Assembly (NCBI GenBank): GCA_963838345.1
Contig: CAWIQU010000008.1
Span: forward strand, 442,305-506,304
Source: an uncultured Acidobacteriaceae bacterium
Lineage (GTDB): Bacteria > Acidobacteriota > Terriglobia > Terriglobales > Acidobacteriaceae
Length of the DNA stretch: 64,000 nt
Reading direction: 5' to 3'
The position numbers and the translations under genes are program-made. Position 1 is the stretch's first letter; every line of letters starts with the position of its first letter. The notes below the pieces were generated by a model. It was not told the origin of the DNA. It was given only the letters and a program-made list of their open reading frames with translations, and ran no database searches. Positions 46,216 to 56,208 of the stretch are shown here, in pieces.

Positions 46216-48063
46216 GTGGCAAAACAAAAGAAAAAGGGCGCGAGCCCATTACATGGCTCGCTGATTGAAGATTATTGCATGATTGGGGACTGCGAGACGG
46301 CAGCGTTGGTCTCTCGGGAAGGCTCGATCGACTGGCTGTGCTGGCCGAACTTCTCTTCGGCGGCGTGTTTCGCAGCTTTGCTGGGTACACGCGACCACGG
46401 ATATTGGAAGATTTCGCCTGCCGGCAAAGTGAAGGCGGTGAGGCGACAGTACGAGGCGCATGCCTTAGTGGTGGAGACGACCTTCGAGACAAGCGACGGA
46501 GAGGTGTGCCTTGTGGACTTTATGCCGCCGCGGGGAAAGCACTCGCATGTGGTGCGGATGGTACGCGGGGTGCGCGGCAAGGTGGCGATGCAGATGGATT
46601 TAACGATCCGGTTTGACTATGGCAGGACGATTCCGTGGGTGACGAGCACCGACCACGAACTGCATGCGATAGCCGGATCGGACATGGTGGTGCTGCGGGC
46701 GGATACGCCCCTGCGTGGCGAGGGGATGTCGACGCGTAGTGAATTTACGGTGCGGAAGGGACAGACGGTGAGTTTTACCATGACGAGTTTGTCGTCGTTG
46801 GAAAAGGTCTCGCCGGCGCAGCCTGCCGAGACGGCGCTTAAGGAGACGCGGGATTTCTGGACGGCGTGGAACAGGAGGAACAAATACCGGGGCCCTTATG
46901 CCGATGCGGTGGAAAGGTCGTTGATGACTTTGAAGGCGATGACGTACCGACCTTCGGGTGGAATTGTTGCGGCGGTGACGACTTCGTTGCCGGAGAAGAT
47001 CGGCGGGTCGCGCAACTGGGATTACCGGTACTGCTGGCTGCGGGACACTGCGTTCACGCTGCTGGTGTTGATGGAGGCCGGTTACGTCGAGGAGGCTGTG
47101 GCTTGGCGAAAGTGGTTGTTGCGGGCTATCGCCGGAGCGCCGGATCAGGTGCAGACGATTTACGGCATCTGCGGTGAGCGGCAGCTCCTTGAGTGGGAGG
47201 CTGATTGGCTGCCTGGGTATGAGGGCTCGCGGCCAGTGCGCATCGGTAATGCAGCGGTGGATCAGTTTCAGCTGGATGTGTTTGGCGAAGTAGCTGCCGC
47301 GCTGCACCAGACGCCGCAGGAGGAGGAGGACATCCGGGTGTCCTCGACGGCGGTGCAGGCGGCGTTCATCGACCATCTGTGCAAGGTGTGGCAGGAGCCA
47401 GATGAAGGGATATGGGAGACCCGCGGCGGGGCGAGACACTTTACGTACTCGAAGGTAATGGCGTGGGTCGCGCTCGACCGGGCGATCAAACACCACGAGC
47501 GTTGTGATGGCGGCGGTGATGTTAGGCGGTGGCGCAAGAACCGCGACATGGTCCACAAGGAGGTCTGCGAGAAAGGCTTCAATAAAAAGCTGAACAGCTT
47601 TGTGCAGTCGTATGGGTCGAAGGAGCTGGATGCATCGTGTCTGCTCATTTCGCTTACTGGATTTCTGCCCGCAGATGATCCGCGAATTGTTGGAACGGTC
47701 GAGGCGATTGAAAAGCGGCTGCTGAAGGGTGGCTTTGTGCTGCGGTATGACACGAGGACAACAGACGACGGCCTGCCGGCTGGGGAGGGAGTGTTTCTGG
47801 CGTGCAGCTTCTGGATGGTGACGAACCTCTGGCTGATTGGACGCAAGGCGGATGCGACGGCGATGTTCGAGCGGCTGCTTGCGTTGAGGAACGATGTGGG
47901 GCTACTGTCGGAGGAGTACGATCCGGTGGCGAAGCGCATGGTGGGAAATTTTCCGCAGGCGTTTTCGCATATTGCGCTGATTCAATCTGCGTTTGCAATT
48001 TCTGGGCTGTGGCGGCCGGAGCCATCGGCCGTGACAAAGGGTCCGGCGAAAAAAGCAATCTAG
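46216..48063 (+). CDS. Glycoside hydrolase family 15 protein (trehalase/glucoamylase-like)
   Basis: IGDCETAALV...IDWLC, WDYRYCWLRD, QLDVFGE, DEGIWETRG and LLSEEYDP...GNFPQAFSH motifs. Confidence 0.92.
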   Translation: MAKQKKKGASPLHGSLIEDYCMIGDCETAALVSREGSIDWLCWPNFSSAACFAALLGTRDHGYWKISPAGKVKAVRRQYEAHALVVETTFETSDGEVCLVDFMPPRGKHSHVVRMVRGVRGKVAMQMDLTIRFDYGRTIPWVTSTDHELHAIAGSDMVVLRADTPLRGEGMSTRSEFTVRKGQTVSFTMTSLSSLEKVSPAQPAETALKETRDFWTAWNRRNKYRGPYADAVERSLMTLKAMTYRPSGGIVAAVTTSLPEKIGGSRNWDYRYCWLRDTAFTLLVLMEAGYVEEAVAWRKWLLRAIAGAPDQVQTIYGICGERQLLEWEADWLPGYEGSRPVRIGNAAVDQFQLDVFGEVAAALHQTPQEEEDIRVSSTAVQAAFIDHLCKVWQEPDEGIWETRGGARHFTYSKVMAWVALDRAIKHHERCDGGGDVRRWRKNRDMVHKEVCEKGFNKKLNSFVQSYGSKELDASCLLISLTGFLPADDPRIVGTVEAIEKRLLKGGFVLRYDTRTTDDGLPAGEGVFLACSFWMVTNLWLIGRKADATAMFERLLALRNDVGLLSEEYDPVAKRMVGNFPQAFSHIALIQSAFAISGLWRPEPSAVTKGPAKKAI

Positions 48064-48077
48064 ATATGTGGCCATTG

Positions 48078-48155
48078 CAGTGCAACAGTGAATGCAAGCA
48101 ACTGTGAATGCAACCAGCAGTGATGCGATGAACCAACAGTGATGCAACCAACAGG
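48078..48155. repeat. Degenerate 15-19-bp tandem repeat, consensus CAGTG(A)ATGCAACCAA
   Basis: Units at 48086, 48102, 48118 and 48137 plus partial units. Confidence 0.65.
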
Positions 48156-48234
48156 GCGCTTAGAGCCTCTAATCAACTATCTGCATAACTCTTCTGCTGC
48201 CTTGTTTTCCTGAACGAGTTTTTCTGATCGGCTG

Positions 48235-50940
48235 ATGACAATGCTACGGATTCCATGCTCGACCTACAGGCTGCAACTCCATAAAGACTTTACATTCGAT
48301 AATGCGGCGGGGATCGCGGGCTATCTGCGTGAGCTTGGGATTTCGCATGTCTACAGCTCTCCTTATCTGCAGGCTGCACCGGGAAGCCTGCATGGATACG
48401 ATGTTGTCGATCACCAAGGAGTAAATAAAGAACTGGGCGGCGCCGAGGCGCACGATCGCTTCTGCGCGAAGCTGGGCGAGGCGGATCTGGGGCAGGTTCT
48501 GGACATTGTGCCGAACCATATGTCGCTCGGCAAGGAGAACAAGTACTGGTGGGACGTGCTCGAGAATGGAACGTCGAGCCGGTATGCTTCGTTCTTCGAT
48601 ATCGACTGGCAGCCGCAGGAGGAGCGCCTGCGGGACAAGGTACTGGTCCCAATACTCGGCGATCAGTATGGGCGGGTGTTGCAGACGGGTGGCATCAAGG
48701 TGGTGCGGCGAGGAATCAAGTTTCAGGTGGAGTGCGCGGGACAGACTCTTCCCGTGTCGCCACCGTCGCTTCCGGCGATTCTTGCGCGGGCCGCGGAGTA
48801 TGCGAAGTCGGATACGCTGAGTTTTCTTGCGGCTTCGTTCGGCCGATTGCCTGCGCCTGAGTATGTTGACCGCGGGACGATTCTGGCACGGCATCGCGAT
48901 AAGGTTGTGCTGTTCACGCTGCTGGAGCGGCTCTGCGCGGAGGAGCCGGAAATCTTTGACGGGATGGACCACTCAGTATCTGACTTGAATGCGAATCTGG
49001 ATGCGTTGGATGATTTTCTGAACCAGCAAAATTATCGGCTGGCGTACTGGAAGACGGCGGACCAGCAGTTGAGTTACCGGCGGTTTTTCGATGTGAATAC
49101 GCTGATCGGCCTGCGTGTGGAGCGGGAGTATGTGTTCGAAGAGACACATGCATTGGTTCTGGACTGGCTGAGGCGCGGAGTTATAGACGGGGTGCGGGTG
49201 GATCATCCGGACGGGCTGCGCGATCCGCTGGAGTATCTGAAGCGTTTGCGAGAGAATGCGCCAGATGCTTATATCGTCGGCGAAAAGATCCTGGAGCCGG
49301 GCGAGTTTTTGCGTGAGAGCTGGCCGATCCAAGGGACGACCGGGTATGACTTCCTCAATGTTGCAGCGGGCGTGCTGGTCGCTCCTGAGGGAATGGCGGA
49401 GTTGACGTCGATCTATGGCGATTTTACGGACCAGATCACGGACTTCCATTCCATCGCGCACGAGAAAAAAATCAGTGTGACGCAGGAGGGGTTAGGAAGT
49501 GACGTCAATCGGCTGACGTCGTTGTTTGTGGAGATATGTGAGGCGAATCGTGACCGGCGGGACTATACGCAGACTGAGGTGAGGCGGGCGATTCGTGAGG
49601 TGGCGGCGTGCTTTGCGATCTATCGGACGTATGTGGTACCGGAGCGGGAGGAGATTACCGACGAGGACCGAGAACACATTGCCCAGGCGGCGGAGTGCGC
49701 GAAGCAACATCGGCAAGACATCGATGGCGGGCTCTTCGACTTTCTTCGCGATGTGCTGACGATGGAAGTGAAAGGAAAGCAGGAGAGTGAGTTTGTGCTG
49801 CGGTTCCAGCAGTTCACCGGGCCGGTGATGGCGAAGGGTGTGGAAGACACGGCCTTTTACTGCTATGACCGGCTGACCGGGATGAACGAGGTGGGGAGCG
49901 ATCCGGGGCGCAACGGTTTGAGCGTCGCTGAGTTTCATGCGTACTGCCAGAAGATGCAGGCGACGCATCCTTCGACGATGACGACGCTGTCGACACACGA
50001 TACGAAGCGCAGTGACGATGTGAGGGCGCGGCTGGCGGTGTTGTCGGAGATCCCGGGGAAATTTAATGCAGCGGTGCAGCGGTGGTCGCGGATGAATAGC
50101 GCGTTTCGTACAGGTAGGCGTGGGACACCTGCGATGCCGGACCGGAACACGGAGTATCTGTACTACCAGACGCTGATTGGCGCGTGGCCGCTGCCGATAG
50201 ACCGGGCGCAGGCTTATATGTTGAAGGCGGTGCGCGAGGCGAAGCAGCAGACGAGCTGGGTGGCGAACAACAAGGAGTTTGAAGATGCGCTGCGCATGTT
50301 TATTGAGTTGACGTTGAACTATGCGCCGTTCTTGCGGGAGCTGCAACAGTTTGTGACGCGGGTGCAGGACGCGGGACGGGTGAACTCGCTGACGCAGACG
50401 CTGCTGAAGTATACGGCTCCCGGTGTGCCGGATCTTTATCAGGGAGGCGAGTTGTGGGACCTGAGCCTTGTCGATCCGGATAATCGGCGTCCGGTTGATT
50501 ATGCGCTGCGGAAGCGTTTGTTGTGTGAGCTGAAGCGGATGAAAGGGGAGGATGTCGTGGCGCAGGTGATGTTGCGGGCGGATGAAGGATTGCCGAAGAT
50601 GTGGACGATCCATAAGGCGCTCGAACTGCGGCGGGAGCGGCCGGAGTGTTTTGGCGCAGAGGCGGAATATACGCCGCTCGAGGTGGATGGGGATAAGCAC
50701 GACCATGTGATTGCGTATCTGCGGGGCGAGGACGTTGTGACGGTGGTGCCGCGACTGACGCTGAAGTTGGGTGGTGCGTGGAAGGACACGATTGTGGTGC
50801 TTCCTAAGGGCAAGTGGCGAAATCGTCTGACGGGGGGAAGTGTTGAGGGTGGTGTGATTACGATGAGATTGTTGATGAAGGATTTTCCGGTAGTGCTTCT
50901 GGTGCGCGAGGGTACGGGGGCTGGCGAGAGCGATGCATGA
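48235..50940 (+). CDS. treY: Malto-oligosyltrehalose synthase (GH13)
   Basis: STYRLQL, SHVYSSP, HGYDVVDH, DIVPNHM, YRRFFDVN, RVDHPDGLRDP, VGEKILEPGE, STHDTKRS and LVDPDNRRPVDY motifs. Confidence 0.95.
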   Translation: MTMLRIPCSTYRLQLHKDFTFDNAAGIAGYLRELGISHVYSSPYLQAAPGSLHGYDVVDHQGVNKELGGAEAHDRFCAKLGEADLGQVLDIVPNHMSLGKENKYWWDVLENGTSSRYASFFDIDWQPQEERLRDKVLVPILGDQYGRVLQTGGIKVVRRGIKFQVECAGQTLPVSPPSLPAILARAAEYAKSDTLSFLAASFGRLPAPEYVDRGTILARHRDKVVLFTLLERLCAEEPEIFDGMDHSVSDLNANLDALDDFLNQQNYRLAYWKTADQQLSYRRFFDVNTLIGLRVEREYVFEETHALVLDWLRRGVIDGVRVDHPDGLRDPLEYLKRLRENAPDAYIVGEKILEPGEFLRESWPIQGTTGYDFLNVAAGVLVAPEGMAELTSIYGDFTDQITDFHSIAHEKKISVTQEGLGSDVNRLTSLFVEICEANRDRRDYTQTEVRRAIREVAACFAIYRTYVVPEREEITDEDREHIAQAAECAKQHRQDIDGGLFDFLRDVLTMEVKGKQESEFVLRFQQFTGPVMAKGVEDTAFYCYDRLTGMNEVGSDPGRNGLSVAEFHAYCQKMQATHPSTMTTLSTHDTKRSDDVRARLAVLSEIPGKFNAAVQRWSRMNSAFRTGRRGTPAMPDRNTEYLYYQTLIGAWPLPIDRAQAYMLKAVREAKQQTSWVANNKEFEDALRMFIELTLNYAPFLRELQQFVTRVQDAGRVNSLTQTLLKYTAPGVPDLYQGGELWDLSLVDPDNRRPVDYALRKRLLCELKRMKGEDVVAQVMLRADEGLPKMWTIHKALELRRERPECFGAEAEYTPLEVDGDKHDHVIAYLRGEDVVTVVPRLTLKLGGAWKDTIVVLPKGKWRNRLTGGSVEGGVITMRLLMKDFPVVLLVREGTGAGESDA

Positions 50941-52707
50941 GTTTACGGTTTGGGCGCCGAATGCACGTAAGGTTGCGGTGAAGATTGGTGAGGCGACGTA
51001 TCCGATGCGCGGGCCCAGCGATCGCGGGTGGTGGAGTGTTTCGGTGGAGCATGCCGGGCCGGGGACTGACTATAAATTTTTGCTGGACGGGGATGCAAGG
51101 ACGGGGATGGGCAGGCATGGCCCGATCCTCGTTCGCTATGGCAGCCGCATGGAGTGCACGGACCGTCGCGGATTTACGACCAGGCGGCATTTACGTGGAG
51201 CGATCAGGGTTGGGATGCTCCGCCGCTTGCGCGAGCGGTGATCTATGAGTTGCATATTGGGACGTTTACGCCGCGGGGGACGTTTGATTCGGCGATTGAG
51301 CGGCTGGACTATCTGGTTGAGCTTGGGATTACACATGTCGAGTTGATGCCGGTGGCTGCGTTTCCTGGCGGGTATGGGTGGGGGTATGACGGGGCTTCGT
51401 TGTTTGCCGTGACGGAGCAGTATGGCGGGCCGGACGGATTGAAGCGACTGGTGGGCGCTTGTCATGCGCGTGGGCTCGCAGTGTTGCTGGATGTGGTCTA
51501 CAACCACTTCGGGCCAGTGGGGAACTACAGCGGGAAGTTTGGGCCTTACATCACGGACAGGCATCGCACGCCGTGGGGTGGGGCGGTGAACTTTGAGGAT
51601 TGGGGAAGCGATGAGGTGCGGCGGTTCTTCTGCGACAACGCGTTGATGTGGATGCGGGACTACCATATCGACGGGCTGCGGCTGGATGCGGTGCATGAGT
51701 TTGTCGACCGGTCGGCGGTCCATCTCATGGAGCAGTTAGCGGATGAGGTGAGGGAGTTGTCCGCGGGGCTGAAGCGTCGGCTGGTCCTGATTGCCGAGAG
51801 CGACTTGAACGATCCTCGAGTGGTAACACCCCGCAAGGCCGGTGGCTATGGAATGGATGCGCAGTGGAGTGACGATTTTCATCATGCGCTGTTTGCTGTT
51901 CTCCATAGCGGTGGCGGAGAGAAGGGGTACTATGTCGATTTCGGGTCGGTGGCGAAGCTGGCCAAGGCGCTGGCGAAGACGTTTGTGCAGGATGGGACTT
52001 ACTCGAAGTACCGCGGACGCAACCATGGAAGGCCGGTCGATGATCTTTCATCGCATCAGTTTCTCGGGTATATCCAGACTCACGATCAGGTGGGAAACCG
52101 AGCGATTGGAGACCGTGTGGAGCAGATCGTCGGGATGGACCGGGCGAAGGTTGCGGCGGGGATAGTGCTGACGGCGCCGTTCGTTCCGATGCTTTTTCAA
52201 GGGGAGGAGTTCGCGGCTTCGGCGCCGTTTCAGTACTTCGCTGATCATGAGGATCCGGAGATGGCGAGGGCGGTGAAGATGGGCCGACGCGGCGAGTTCG
52301 CTGCGTTTGGGTGGAGGCCGGAGGATATCCCCGATCCGGAGAACGTGGAGACGTTTCAGCGATCGAAGCTGAAGTGGGACGAGGTGCATGAGGGGCGACA
52401 TGAGGAGATGCTGGAGTGGTATCGCAGACTGATCGCGCTTCGGCGTGGCTCGCCTTCGTTGAACGATGGGGATCCGGGACAGACGAAGGTGTCGTTTGAT
52501 GAGGACAAGAAATGGCTTGTGATGGAGCGTGGAGCGGTGACGGTGATGTCCAATCTCGGGATGGAGCCGGTGGAGTTGGACAATCCCCAGCGGCTTGCAC
52601 TGGCGCTCGCGTCGCGCGCAGATGTTGCGGTGATGGAGGGTAGGATCGTGCTGCCGCCGAACACGCTGGCTGTTCTTTCGGGTGAGAAGAGCCAGCAGAG
52701 TGTGTAG
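50933..52707 (+). pseudogene. treZ: Malto-oligosyltrehalose trehalohydrolase, frameshifted by a 14-bp insertion at 51085-51098
   Basis: N-part FTVWAP...DYKFLLDGD; C-part WPDPRSLWQPHGVHG, YELHIGTF, WGYDG, DVVYNH, RLDAVH, IAESD and HDQVGNR. Deleting GGACGGGGATGCAA restores LLDGDGQAWPDPRS (587 codons). Confidence 0.88.
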
Positions 52708-52748
52708 AATTTCCTAATCTAATTCTTCAATTGAAGGAAGTGTCTGCC

Positions 52749-55700
52749 ATGTTACTCGTTCTTCGCCGTTCGCCCCTGTGTGCACTTATTCTCTGGGTTT
52801 TGCTTGCTGGAAGGGGTGCGATAGCGCAGATGGCGTTGCCTTCGTTGAGCGACCCGGCGATTTCGCCTGATGGACATGAGATTGCGTTTGTGTCGGGTGG
52901 CGATATTTGGACTGTGGCGTCGGCAGGTGGTGAAGCGCATCTGTTGGTGACGCATCCGGCGACTGAGTCGCGGCCACTGTATTCGCCGGATGGAACGAAA
53001 CTGGCGTTTGTTTCGACGCGGACTGGTGCAGGAAATATCTATGTCCTGACGCTGGCGACGGGAGAGCTGATGCGGCTGACGTATTCCGACCGGCCGGATG
53101 CTCTCGATGGATGGTCGCATGACGGCAAGTGGATCTACTTCACTTCGGCGGTGAATGACGTTGCGGGGCAGGGTGATATCTTTCGCGTGAGTTCGGCTGG
53201 TGGTACGCCGCTCGAGGTGAGCCATGAACGCTATCTGAATGAGTTTGAGAGCGCGCCATCGCCGGACGGACAGATGATTGCGCTGATGGCGAAGGGTTTG
53301 AGCAGCACGCAGTGGTGGCGGAATGGGCACGCGCACATCGATGAGACCGAAGTGTGGCTGAAGCCGGTAGCCGAGAGTGGCAAGTACCAGATGCTGCTGA
53401 AGGCGGATGCGAAGCATGCCTGGCCGATGTGGTCGGCGGATGGCAAGACGCTGTTTTACATGAGCGATGCTTCGGGTGCGGAGAACATCTGGGCGGTGCC
53501 GGTGGCTGCACCGGCGTCGGCGAAGGAGCTGACCCACTTCAAGGAAGGGCGCGTGTTGTGGCCGAGCATCGGTGACGGTGGAAAGACGATTGTGTTTGAG
53601 CGCAACTTCACGATCTGGAAGATGGAGACTGCTACGGGCAAGGCGGAGCGTGTGCCAATTACTCTGCGCGGGGTTCCGGCTTCGCCGGGTGTGACGCATG
53701 TGACGGAGACAAACTTCAACACGATGGCGCTGTCGCCGGACGGAAAGAAAATTGCGCTGATCGCGCATGGCGAGGTCTTCGCGGCGTCGGGCAAGGACGG
53801 CGGTGAGGCGCAGCGGCTGACGCATACGCCGACTGCCGAGAGCGATCCGGTGTGGTCGGCGGATTCGATGAAGCTGGTGTACCGGTCTGAGTCGGGGACG
53901 GGTGAGGGGAGCGGTCACAATCTGGTGATGTATGACTTCGCTACCGGGAAGGAGAGCGTGCTGACGCAGGCGGGGAGTGACGACCAGAATCCGAAGTGGT
54001 CTCCGGATGGCAAGAGCGTGGCGTATCTGCGAAATGACAAGGAGCTCCATGTATTGACAGTGCCGACGCAGGCTGGGGCCGCGGTTGCGGATCGCGTAGT
54101 AGCGAGCGGAGAGATGCCGAGGGCATCCATGGCGTGGTCGCCTGACAGCCAATGGGTCGCGTATACGGCGGACGACAGCCGCTCCTTCCGCAACGTGCAT
54201 GTGGTGCCGGCCACTGGTGGAGACTCGCATCCAGTGAGTTTTCTGGCGAATGGAGAGACTAGCGGCGTGGTCTGGTCGCCGGATGGAAAGTACATTTTGT
54301 TCGATACGGCGCAGCGCAGTGAGCAGGCACAGATTGCACGCATCGATCTTTTGCCGCATGTGCCGAAGTATCATGAGGACGAGTTCCGGGAGCTGTTCCG
54401 GCCTTCGAAGACGCCGGGAACACCGACTACGCCTGGCGCGACGCCGTCGACGTCGACGGAAGAGGAGAAGCCAGCAACTCCGCCTGCTACGGTTGATGCA
54501 AAGAAGAAGCCCGAGCCGGTAAAGATCGTCTTCGAGGGCATCCGCGACCGGTTGACACTGTTGCCGCTTGGGTTGAACGCAGAGGAGCCAGTGATCAGTC
54601 CCGATGGCAAGACTCTGCTCTTTGCAGCACGCACGGCGAATCAGCAGAGCCTCTATACGTACAGCCTCGACGAGCTCTCGAAGGAGCCGCCGGTGGCGCG
54701 TCAGTTGACTTCGACACCGGGACGCAAGAGCGACTATGTCTTCGCGCCGGACAACAAGGATGTGTTTTATCTCGAAAACGGCACGGTGAAGACGATTACT
54801 GTGGAGTCACGCACGCCGAAGACGATCGCAGTGACCGCGCCTATGCAGATCGACTTCGATGTGGAGAAGAAGGTGGTGTTTGAAGAGGCTTGGGAGACGC
54901 TAAACCGGCGTTTCTACGATGCCAACTTCAACGGTAAGAACTGGCTGAAGCTGCATGATGAGTGGGCACCGTATATTGCGGGCGTGAGGACATCGGATGA
55001 GCTGCGTCGCGACATCAATCTGCTGATCGGCGAGTTGAACTCATCGCACTCGGGCATCAACCGGCCGATAGGGCCTGGCTCCGCGCCGCAGCCGGTGCAG
55101 GTTGGCAATCTTGGGCTAAGGTTCGACCGTGAGGCGTATGAAGCAGGGAAGGGCCTGGTGGTACGCGAGGTGATTGCGCTGGGGCCTGCCGCGATTGAGG
55201 GTTCGATCAAGCCGGGCGATCGGCTGGTGAGCATTAACGGCGATGCTGTCGCAGCGAAGAATCTTGACAGCATGCTGGAAGACACTGTGGGCAAGCGTGT
55301 TGTGCTTGGCATCGAAACGGATGGCAAGACTCGCGATGCAGTTGTGCGACCGGTGTCGTCGGTTGCGGCGATCGGCCTGCTATACCGGCAGTGGGTTGAG
55401 AGCCGCCGTGCGCTTGTGGAACGTGTGAGCGGCGGCAAGATCGGCTACGTTCACATCGCCGATATGAGCGATGCTTCACTGCAACAGTTGTATATCGATC
55501 TCGATGCGCAGAATGAGGCAAAGAAAGGCGTAGTGGTCGATGTAAGGAATAACAACGGCGGCTACATCAACGGATATGCGCTGGATGTGTTTACGCGGCA
55601 GAACTACCTGATGATGACGCCGCGCGGACTGTCGCCGGTGCCTTCGCGACAGAACCTTGGGCAGCGGGCTCTCGGTTTGCCGACGGTGCTGGTGACGAAC

Positions 55701-55994
55701 GAGTCGTCGTTGTCGGACGCGGAGGACTTTACCGAGGGGTATCGGTCGCTGAAGCTGGGCAAGGTCGTCGGAGAGCCGACGGCGGGCTGGATCATCTTTA
55801 CCGGAGCGCAGCCGCTAATCGATGGGTCGACGGTTCGTGTGCCGGGTGATCGGATACAGGACATGCGTGGACAGACGATGGAGATGCATCCGCGGCCCGT
55901 GGATGTCGAGGTGGCGCGTCCGCTGGGCGAGACCGAGGCGGGCTCGGATGCTCAGTTGGAGCGTGCCGTGAAGGAGTTGCTGGCTACGCAATAA
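52749..55994 (+). CDS. Tricorn-like S41 family peptidase with PD40/TolB-like propellers and PDZ domain
   Basis: Repeated P..SPDG..IAF units; LIGELNSSHSG, GYVHI.DM, DVRNNNGG, SLSDAEDF and GKVVGEPTAG motifs. Confidence 0.92.
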   Translation: MLLVLRRSPLCALILWVLLAGRGAIAQMALPSLSDPAISPDGHEIAFVSGGDIWTVASAGGEAHLLVTHPATESRPLYSPDGTKLAFVSTRTGAGNIYVLTLATGELMRLTYSDRPDALDGWSHDGKWIYFTSAVNDVAGQGDIFRVSSAGGTPLEVSHERYLNEFESAPSPDGQMIALMAKGLSSTQWWRNGHAHIDETEVWLKPVAESGKYQMLLKADAKHAWPMWSADGKTLFYMSDASGAENIWAVPVAAPASAKELTHFKEGRVLWPSIGDGGKTIVFERNFTIWKMETATGKAERVPITLRGVPASPGVTHVTETNFNTMALSPDGKKIALIAHGEVFAASGKDGGEAQRLTHTPTAESDPVWSADSMKLVYRSESGTGEGSGHNLVMYDFATGKESVLTQAGSDDQNPKWSPDGKSVAYLRNDKELHVLTVPTQAGAAVADRVVASGEMPRASMAWSPDSQWVAYTADDSRSFRNVHVVPATGGDSHPVSFLANGETSGVVWSPDGKYILFDTAQRSEQAQIARIDLLPHVPKYHEDEFRELFRPSKTPGTPTTPGATPSTSTEEEKPATPPATVDAKKKPEPVKIVFEGIRDRLTLLPLGLNAEEPVISPDGKTLLFAARTANQQSLYTYSLDELSKEPPVARQLTSTPGRKSDYVFAPDNKDVFYLENGTVKTITVESRTPKTIAVTAPMQIDFDVEKKVVFEEAWETLNRRFYDANFNGKNWLKLHDEWAPYIAGVRTSDELRRDINLLIGELNSSHSGINRPIGPGSAPQPVQVGNLGLRFDREAYEAGKGLVVREVIALGPAAIEGSIKPGDRLVSINGDAVAAKNLDSMLEDTVGKRVVLGIETDGKTRDAVVRPVSSVAAIGLLYRQWVESRRALVERVSGGKIGYVHIADMSDASLQQLYIDLDAQNEAKKGVVVDVRNNNGGYINGYALDVFTRQNYLMMTPRGLSPVPSRQNLGQRALGLPTVLVTNESSLSDAEDFTEGYRSLKLGKVVGEPTAGWIIFTGAQPLIDGSTVRVPGDRIQDMRGQTMEMHPRPVDVEVARPLGETEAGSDAQLERAVKELLATQ

Positions 55995-56103
55995 AAACGA
56001 ACGGATCACGCCGGGCGGGTATCATAGGAGTTGGCGTTGGTGTGCCACTTAGATCTGTTCGCCTTAGTTTCGTCCGGTTCAATACCAAGTATTGTTTTCC
56101 AGC

Positions 56104-56130
56104 GGAAACTTTTGTGTCGCTGGCCCGTCT
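56104..56130 (+). promoter_or_regulatory. Candidate ECF sigma promoter (GGAAAC-N16-CGTC)
   Basis: GGAAACTTTTGTGTCGCTGGCCCGTCT ~80 bp upstream of ATG 56209. Confidence 0.45.
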
Positions 56131-56208
56131 TCTTTAGAGAACCGGCGACTTCAGTAACTCAATCTGAAGCGACCACTGCAAACTGCATCAAAGCTGAGGG
56201 GTAAGAAG

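Noticed and set aside
48078-48155. Possible CRISPR array
   Set aside because: The units are 15-19 bp, degenerate and adjacent without unique spacers; there are no cas genes in the window.
51154-52707. Treating the 517-aa ORF as a complete independent treZ
   Set aside because: Its GTG has no properly spaced SD and it lacks the N-terminal domain, which is encoded in the upstream frame; it is the 3' part of the frameshifted gene.
52725-52736. Palindrome CTTCAATTGAAG before the S41 gene
   Set aside because: It is short, AT-rich and overlaps the SD region, with no second copy; too weak to call.
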